The translations under genes were made by a program, and so were the position numbers. From an uncultured Saprospiraceae bacterium (lineage in GTDB: Bacteria > Bacteroidota > Bacteroidia > Chitinophagales > Saprospiraceae): a stretch of 56,113 nt of DNA. Each line of letters opens with the position of its first letter. Within the stretch, counting starts at the first letter, position 1. The stretch lies in assembly GCA_937923465.1 (NCBI GenBank), contig CALDUB010000201.1:1-56113 (forward strand). The letters are read 5' to 3'. A model generated the notes under the pieces. The model was given only the letters and a program-made list of their open reading frames with translations. It was not told the origin of the DNA and did not search any database. Shown here piece by piece: positions 27,334 through 34,700 of the stretch.

Positions 27334-28422
27334 TTGTCAAAACAGAAAAATATCCTTGACGGACAGTCTATAAACCTGCGCGCACGCCAAACAGTGTACG
27401 CTCTCGCTGCACTTATTGATAAGGCAAATCCTTCGTCAGAAATCGTCGTTAATGCGGATGATTTACTGCGCTTCATTAATAATACACCAGGTGAAAAATG
27501 GTCAAATATTTACGAACCTATTAATCAAATATTTATTCACCTAAATCAACATCCGTTAAAAATAGAAAGTACTGATAATCAGGATTTTGTGCGGGTTAAT
27601 TGGTTGGGGCATCTGGAAGTAAAAGCAGGACAAATACATGCACAATTTACGCCACGCGTCATTGAGTATTTTATGCGCAATCAAGGTTTGCCGCATGCGC
27701 AATTGTTAGAAGATTTGCGCCCGTATAAATCAAAGTTTACAGCTAAGATTATTCGTCTTTTTCAAAAGCATTCTAAAGGGAAAAACTCAGAAATCGAGTT
27801 TGCTTTCAAGCACGATTTAAATGAATTAAAGCATTATTTTCAAGTAGAGGAGAAGTATTTGCGCTTTTTTGATTTTGAAAGATTCGTATTGTTGATAGCA
27901 CAAAAAGAGCTAGAAGAAAATGACATTTTACCATTTTGGTTTTCATTTGAAAAAATCAAACAAGGTCGGAATATCAAAGACATTAGTTTCACTGTTTATG
28001 TGCGTCCAAAGGTACTTTTAGACCTGCGTCCACAGTTACGTGCCACTCAAATAGGGGAGACGGGGCAACGTGATATTTTTGATGAACAGAGGGCAGGAAT
28101 TTTTGATGCAGAACAGCAGCAAATTTTCGAAAAACTCACAAAGGAATACAATATAGGAAAGGCATTTGCTCAAAAAACCTTGCTCAATTTAACACTTGGG
28201 CAGGCAAAAGCCTATGAACGATTGATTGAATTTGGAATCAACAAAACAACAGCTTTTTCGCTCTTGAAAAAATATTGTAATCGTAAAGAAATAGCAGAAA
28301 AAGAAGAGGCGTATATCAATAGTCTGATAAAGGAAGTTCGAGAAAAAGAGGAGCATTCGAAAGGTTCGAGCACACGGACGAGTTTATTGGAGAAGGAACT
28401 GCGTTCTAACTATGAATTATGA
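27334..28422 (+). CDS. Rep_3-like (RepA/RepB-type) replication initiator homologue with a C-terminal extension of about 120 aa
   Basis: It uses a TTG start and no ATG is nearby. The layout matches Rep_3 proteins in three places. NLRARQTVYALAALID corresponds to LxLxExRLxL. The central stretch is KSKFTAKIIRLFQKH. The C-terminal part is YLRFFDFERFVLLIAQKELEENDILPFWFSFEKIKQGRNIKDISFTV. Confidence 0.6.
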   Translation: MSKQKNILDGQSINLRARQTVYALAALIDKANPSSEIVVNADDLLRFINNTPGEKWSNIYEPINQIFIHLNQHPLKIESTDNQDFVRVNWLGHLEVKAGQIHAQFTPRVIEYFMRNQGLPHAQLLEDLRPYKSKFTAKIIRLFQKHSKGKNSEIEFAFKHDLNELKHYFQVEEKYLRFFDFERFVLLIAQKELEENDILPFWFSFEKIKQGRNIKDISFTVYVRPKVLLDLRPQLRATQIGETGQRDIFDEQRAGIFDAEQQQIFEKLTKEYNIGKAFAQKTLLNLTLGQAKAYERLIEFGINKTTAFSLLKKYCNRKEIAEKEEAYINSLIKEVREKEEHSKGSSTRTSLLEKELRSNYEL

Positions 28423-28432
28423 ACGGTTTAAC

Positions 28433-28480
28433 GATGAACCTCGTCTCATCAAAATTACTATTGCTGAGACGAGGTTCATC
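28433..28480. terminator. Bidirectional terminator hairpin filling the gap between convergent genes
   Basis: The arm gatgaacctcgtctca (28433..28448) pairs with tgagacgaggttcatc (28465..28480) as a perfect 16 bp with a 16-nt loop. Confidence 0.7.
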
Positions 28481-28481
28481 A

Positions 28482-29459
28482 TTATTTCCTTCTTTCTACC
28501 ACGAAATTTACTAGGTCTTCTAAAGACTCGCGCACTTCTGAGTTAGGAAAAGTATGTAGTATTTTAAAAGCCTCATCACGGTATTCGTGCATGGCTTTTT
28601 TAGCGTATTCCATGCCGCCACTTTGTAGTACAAAATCAATGACTTCGCGGACTTTATCTTTCTTTTCGTTGTGTCGTTTGATATTAGTAATCATTCGACG
28701 GCGGGTGCTTCTATCCGTATTCTCCAAGGCATAAATCAATGGCAGGGTCATTTTTTTTTCCTTGATATCAATTCCCAAAGGCTTACCAACATCATCTGAA
28801 CCGAAGTCAAATAAATCATCTCTAATCTGAAAAGCGATACCAATTTTTTCTCCGAAAAGACGCATTTTTTCGATAACTTCCTCGTCTTCCGTTACCGCAG
28901 CGGCACCCGTAGAACAAGCTGCCGCAAAGAGCGAAGCCGTTTTTCCACGGATAACTTCATAGTAGATTTCTTCTTTGATATCTAGGCGGCGCGCCTTTTC
29001 CATTTGTAGTAATTCTCCCTCAGCCATGACTTGCACCGCATCAGAAAGAATATGTAGAAGGCGGTATTTTTTATGCTTTAAAGCTAAGGAAAGACCCTGT
29101 GTCAAAAGATAATCACCCACTAAAACGGCAATCTTATTTTTCCACAAAGCATTAATCGAAAAGAAGCTGCGACGCTCATAACTATCATCCACGACATCAT
29201 CATGTACCAAACTCGCGGTATGCATGATTTCGACTAAACTGGCTCCGATAAAACTAACTTTTTCGGTATCATCACCACACAATTTTGCACACAAAAATAC
29301 AAACATCGGGCGCACTTGTTTTCCCTTGCGTTTGACGATGTAATAGGTAATCCTATCCAATAATGGCACTTTACTGCGCATCAATTCGCGGAAGTGTTTC
29401 TCAAAGTCGCGTAACTCTTCCGCTATTGGTTGTTTTATGCTATTGAGCGTTTTGACCAT
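28482..29459 (-). CDS. Polyprenyl diphosphate synthase (trans-IPPS, IspB/GGPPS-like)
   Basis: The first Asp-rich motif is LVHDDVVDDSYERR and the second is FQIRDDLFDFG. Confidence 0.9.
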   Translation of the reverse strand: MVKTLNSIKQPIAEELRDFEKHFRELMRSKVPLLDRITYYIVKRKGKQVRPMFVFLCAKLCGDDTEKVSFIGASLVEIMHTASLVHDDVVDDSYERRSFFSINALWKNKIAVLVGDYLLTQGLSLALKHKKYRLLHILSDAVQVMAEGELLQMEKARRLDIKEEIYYEVIRGKTASLFAAACSTGAAAVTEDEEVIEKMRLFGEKIGIAFQIRDDLFDFGSDDVGKPLGIDIKEKKMTLPLIYALENTDRSTRRRMITNIKRHNEKKDKVREVIDFVLQSGGMEYAKKAMHEYRDEAFKILHTFPNSEVRESLEDLVNFVVERRK

Positions 29460-29720
29460 TTAATTGAATGATGAATTAATTTTCTTTTTGGAAGTTTACG
29501 TTATTTGAAAAAACTAGAGTTTGTCAAATAACCAAAATTTATAGTGTTAGTATTACACCTTGCTGACTATAAATACCTTTAAAACACAAATTTGTTTACC
29601 AACTTTCAATTATTTTTGAAAGTATTGTAATTAGGGTGCAAGTTAAGTTAAAAAAGTTGATTCTATAGGGAGAAAATGGATTTTTAGTAAGGATAAAATA
29701 TTTACCTTTACGAATAGATA

Positions 29721-29740
29721 AGTAAGTGACCTCACTTACT
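29721..29740. promoter_or_regulatory. 20-bp palindrome upstream of ogt; candidate operator
   Basis: The palindrome agtaagtga-cc-tcacttact has 9-bp perfect arms and lies about 55 nt upstream of ATG 29795. Confidence 0.3.
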
Positions 29741-29794
29741 CAATTTTAAAAATCTGTATATCAAATACGGAGTGACTACATAAAAAAAGAGAAA

Positions 29795-30283
29795 ATGCTC
29801 GAAACTGCATATTACCCCTCACCCTTTGGAGTCTTTGAAATCAAAGGCAGTAAACACGGTATCCAATCAGTACAGTTAAAGCCTGATTTGAAAGACCCTG
29901 GCGTTCCTGCTCCACCTGCTTTGGCGGACTGCGTACGTCAACTCAGCGAATATTTCTCTCGTCAACGGGATACTTTTGATTTGAAATTAGACTTGTCAGA
30001 CGGCTCTGCATTTTTTCAATCTGTCTGGGCTGAGCTCTTAAAAGTCCCTTATGGACACACGACTACTTATTCCGCATTAGCAGCGAAAATTGGTGATTTA
30101 AAAGCAGTACGCGCCGTAGGAATGGCAAATAAGCATAATCCAATCGCTATCATCGTTCCGTGTCATCGCTGTATCGCTAAGAGTGGCGAACTGCAAGGTT
30201 ATTTCTATGGATTGGATATGAAAAGAAAGTTATTAGAATTGGAAAATCCGATGAGTTTTGCGGAGCAGGGGAGTTTGTTTTAA
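29795..30283 (+). CDS. ogt: Methylated-DNA--protein-cysteine methyltransferase
   Basis: The active site is IIVPCHRCI (PCHR motif). Other matching stretches are TTYSALAAKIG and RAVGMANKHNP. Confidence 0.92.
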   Translation: MLETAYYPSPFGVFEIKGSKHGIQSVQLKPDLKDPGVPAPPALADCVRQLSEYFSRQRDTFDLKLDLSDGSAFFQSVWAELLKVPYGHTTTYSALAAKIGDLKAVRAVGMANKHNPIAIIVPCHRCIAKSGELQGYFYGLDMKRKLLELENPMSFAEQGSLF

Positions 30284-30355
30284 AGGTACTGGGAACTTTA
30301 GTTGCCAAGACGAGAGTGTGGAAAAATATAAATAGTCATTTCTAAATAAAGAAAC

Positions 30356-30841
30356 ATGGGTCTTGAAATTGAAAGAAAATTTTTATTGAAGAATGCAAAA
30401 TGGCGAAAAAAGGTTAAGCAAGAAATTCAAATTAAGCAAGGATATTTAAACTCGAATAAGAAAAGAACAGTTCGAATTCGGATTGCTGATAATACTGGAT
30501 TTATCACAGTAAAAGGTAAAACAAAGCAAGCAACCCGGAAGGAATTTGAGTACGAAATACCAATAGAAGACGCCAAAGAGTTATTGAAGTTATGCAAGAA
30601 ACCTATCGTAGAGAAAACGAGATATTTAATAGAATATAAAAAGAAGACTTGGGAAATTGATGAATTTTATGGAGTGAATCAAGGGCTTGTTGTTGCTGAA
30701 ATAGAGTTAGAAGATGAGAATGAAGAAATCTCAATTCCTAAGTGGATAGGAAAGGAAGTAACCTTAGATGCTAGATATTATAATTCTAGTTTAATTGAGA
30801 ATCCATTTTTGAAATGGGGAGATAATAATAGCAACGAATAA
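30356..30841 (+). CDS. CYTH-domain protein (triphosphate tunnel metalloenzyme)
   Basis: The N-terminal signature is LEIERKFLL. Other matching stretches are WEIDEFYG and VVAEIELEDE. It is 161 aa long. Confidence 0.85.
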   Translation: MGLEIERKFLLKNAKWRKKVKQEIQIKQGYLNSNKKRTVRIRIADNTGFITVKGKTKQATRKEFEYEIPIEDAKELLKLCKKPIVEKTRYLIEYKKKTWEIDEFYGVNQGLVVAEIELEDENEEISIPKWIGKEVTLDARYYNSSLIENPFLKWGDNNSNE

Positions 30842-30967
30842 ATAACTTATAATTAAAAAAGTGGCAATAATCTAAAAACAAATAAGCGTGTAAACAGGCA
30901 TCATCCAATTCTATCTTCGAATACTATGTATATCGGAATTGGCGAGGCGAGGATATAACAAGAAAGT

Positions 30968-31618
30968 ATGAACACTGAAAAAATAAAAACTCAGCTAGGA
31001 CTCTTTCAATCAAAGGATAAATTTTCAGACGAAGAATGGAAAAGGAGAGGATTAAATCCTTCAGCAAATGAAATATCTTTCAAATTGAATGCAATGTTTA
31101 ATAAACTCGCAGCCGATTTAGTGCAAGCAATAGGAGACGGAAAAAGGGCAAGAGAATTATCATCAATTTTGAAAAAGGGTTTAAAGAATTTTTCTAAATC
31201 GGATTACGATACAGAAGAAAGAGAGTTTATCTGTGATTACTTTTTTGAACTTAGCGAAATCATTAATATTGATTTTAAAGAGAATTTAAATAAGTGGATG
31301 TATGGTTCTGCTCTTATTTATTTTTTGAAAGTAGCTACCTTTTTGAAAAGTATTGGAAATAGAACAGAGACCTTAACACAAGATTGTACGAAATGTGAAG
31401 CAAAATTAGAAAGCTTCATTACTGCAAAACAGAAAGATATAGTCAGTGTTTCCTATAAAATTGTGAAATGTAAATCGTGCAATGAGTTCAATTTAATGGA
31501 TTGGGGAGATGGTGTTAAAAGCTTAAGTTTTGGAGAATACGAGATAGTGGAACAATTATTTAAAGATAATTATACTTTGGAAAAAGCAAATTTACGTTTA
31601 GAACAACTGAAGAATTAG
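30968..31618 (+). CDS. Hypothetical protein with a C-terminal CxxC...CxxC zinc-ribbon-like motif
   Basis: The ORF is 216 aa, Lys/Glu/Asn-rich and visibly A/T-rich. The Cys pairs are DCTKCEAKL and KCKSCNEFN. Confidence 0.6.
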   Translation: MNTEKIKTQLGLFQSKDKFSDEEWKRRGLNPSANEISFKLNAMFNKLAADLVQAIGDGKRARELSSILKKGLKNFSKSDYDTEEREFICDYFFELSEIINIDFKENLNKWMYGSALIYFLKVATFLKSIGNRTETLTQDCTKCEAKLESFITAKQKDIVSVSYKIVKCKSCNEFNLMDWGDGVKSLSFGEYEIVEQLFKDNYTLEKANLRLEQLKN

Positions 31619-31751
31619 CGATGACTTAAAAGCAAAAAAATAAAATGAATTCGCATAATCTGTATTTTGGAGAAAACAGGATTAGAAAATAACAAGAAGA
31701 AAGTGAAAATTGACAAAAGCCCATCAGCTAAAATATCATCCAACCCAAACA

Positions 31752-34700
31752 TCAATTCTTCTTCCCCAACAGCACAGGCAAACAAACAGACTCCGGACAA
31801 GCCACTTGCAACAAATAATCTTCCACTTCCCCGTCCGAGGCACAATCACCTGTCCCACAAGGAGTAGCGGAGTTCAAATCATCCGTACTCAAGCGCGCAC
31901 GTAAGGCAATCTCCCTATCTTGAGCAGCATTTACAGGTACATTAACTGTTAAATGTATTTTCTCTATTACACCTGTAGACGCATAAATATTATCCCAGAT
32001 TTGCTCATTAGTATCTTCAAAATCTCCGTCACCATTCCAGTCTATCCAAACGCGTAAATAAGCATCCATACCTCTCTCATTGTAAAAAGATACGGGGATA
32101 TTCACAGTATTTCCTGGGACAAACTGCATATTTGGGAGGATACTGATACCGTCATCCGTGTCCATGTCTGCATTTGTATCTCCTCCAGTTGGAATATCTG
32201 ATGAGACGGCTGCGCCTAAAAATAAATTAGGAACGACAATATGACAAGCAGGGTTTGGACAAGGTCTAAGACTATTAGAGTAGTCTTGATAGTCTGGACA
32301 AAAGTCAAAAATTTGATACTCAAATCTTAATTCCGTTGTTTCACAAACACAGTTAAGGTCATTTTCAATAAGTCCAATTATTCCATTGGTAATATCACAA
32401 CCATTGGTGTTAATTACTTTATCGAATACTAAAGTACTACCAACAGTTGCTGGACCTTGTACAAGCACAGAATCAAGAGCAACTCCAGTTGCTTGACCCA
32501 TATTATTCACACAGAAAAACCTTACTTTTAGACTTTCATCTGCGGGTATCGGTGTATCTGTAATATTTATCATGACATCAGACAAATCTAAACTAGCATC
32601 AATAGGACAATAAATAGCATTGTAGCTGGTTAGTGTTGTAGCTGGTTTGTTAATTGATACTTCCAAATTTGTGCTACCAGTTGCTACTACTGTATTTCCA
32701 CAGCTCGCTCCGTCACAAAGTAAGCCAGTGATAATCGCAGTAGATAAAATCTCTACATCTTCATCGCCACAAGCCATATTGTTACTGGATGTAACATCAA
32801 AATTAATATTAAAAGTCGGATTTGTAATACCTGCTGGATAAATGAAAATTACACTTTGTCCGTCAGAATTTTCATCCGTGCGCACATAAATAGGACAGTC
32901 CATTGAGGTGCAATTTACACCTCCGTCTAGGCTGATTCCTACAGGTAAATTAATGTATAAACTATCATTTCCACCTGTCGTTCCTCCTGATAAGATAAGG
33001 TCAATTGCTACATTTTTTGTTTGTGAGCAATCGGTAAATAAATCATCTGGTGTTATATCAGAAGAAATAGAAGTACTATAAGGCAAAGTGATACCATTCA
33101 AATTATAATTTGAACTCTTGATTCTTTCTCCATTTCCTGTTACTCCTTCTCCACACAATTCGGTGGCATAAACAATCGTCCGCAACGGGAAGCCACTTGT
33201 TAGACTACAGCTAGATTTCATTTTCCAACGCAAAATAAGCTCGTTCATTGTTGGGTCTTGACCTGCACCAGCTAATCCTTTTCCGTCAAAATTAGTAGCA
33301 TCTAAATCTGCTAAAAGAATATTAAAACTACCTCCTGTACCATTAGTAAAAGCCATTTCTCCCAATGCATCCCATGAGCGAGGAGTATTTGTAGCGTCTA
33401 CACCTTCGACCTCAATTGTTCCCGAGCCAGCCACATATTTCAAACCAGAACCTGCATTAGGAATTAACATGTCAAAATTAATATCATACAAACTCCCTGC
33501 ATCAGAACTAACAAAGCGCATCTCCACTGGGAATTCTTCACACATATCAATGAGGTTACTATTAAAATTGCCAGCTGCTGGATTACTGGGCTCGGTTGGT
33601 GTATCTTGTAATGGCGTAATAGTAGCTGAAACTGCTGCCGCTAGGTCATGAACCTCTAATCTAGTATCTTGCATGCAGTCCACGACTTCCTCCAATGTCG
33701 TCGGATATCCAACACACGAGTAACTATATTGCACATCCAATACTTCATCAATACAACTATTATAAACTGAATAAATTCTAACGGTCTTACAGGCTGCACC
33801 TGCTACTTCTCCCAATTGCACTAAGGTATTACTTCCTCCAAAATCTATTAAAGTAGTTGCTACCTCCATACCTGAGGAAATATCCATTACTCTGTCTATT
33901 GTCAAACCAGCAGTAGAGTCCTTAAGTATCAGATAACCATAATCCGTACCAAGCGTTGCTGTCTGATTACAAACTTCCACGTCCCATGCAATGGTATCTG
34001 TTAGACCTTGTACGACCTGATTGAGAGGAGTCAGTACAAAGGAAGTTCCTTCATAATCGTTGCTATAAATACCTGATAAAGAACCCATTTTTATAGAGTC
34101 TGAATAGAGATATTCGCTGTAATAAACAGTTGAGGGAAATTGCTTTACACCTGGGTCTACTGTACAGCTGCCTGTAAAGCCAGCTAGAAATCTTGGGTAA
34201 TGGGTCCCTCGAGTATCAGATAGATTATAGTTTATTGATTTTAAGACTAAGTCTCCAGCATCATTATAATAAGTTGTATCTCCCGAAGAAAGACTTACTG
34301 CTTGGGTATTTCCTGTAAATTCAAAACCTAGAGGAATTTGATAGATAGTTGAATCTATGCGATAAACGGGTCTAAATTCATCTGGAAATGGGTCGTCTGT
34401 TGCTGAACTGACGGTAGGAATAATTCCTGCAGATATTTCTTCACACCCTCTTTTGATGGGACCCAATCTATTCGATGACCTAATTAAAGGATACTCGTAA
34501 AACATAACAGCACCGTAATTATTACAAGATTGCTCTACGTTAAAAGCATCTAGAAAAAAATGCTGTCCACGCATATTTAGACTATGTACGGCGGATTTTG
34601 TAAAATCATTTTTTAGTGAAAAGGTTAAATCTAGATTAACAGAATCTGCATCAAAGGTACCTATTCCGCCTGCTCCTCTACCTAATACAAAAGTAGGGTC

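Noticed and set aside
27136-29794. Integrated plasmid, ICE or prophage around the Rep-like gene
   Set aside because: There is no integrase, relaxase, partition or phage gene and no flanking direct repeats. The composition is similar to the neighbours. Only the single gene is unusual.
31615-31845. 76-aa minus-strand ORF with a hydrophobic tail, considered as a frameshifted C-terminus or lost CTD of the giant protein
   Set aside because: It is only about 130 nt long beyond the stop and has no beta-sandwich CTD pattern. I can point to no frameshift site. It is kept only as a caveat in the giant-protein finding.
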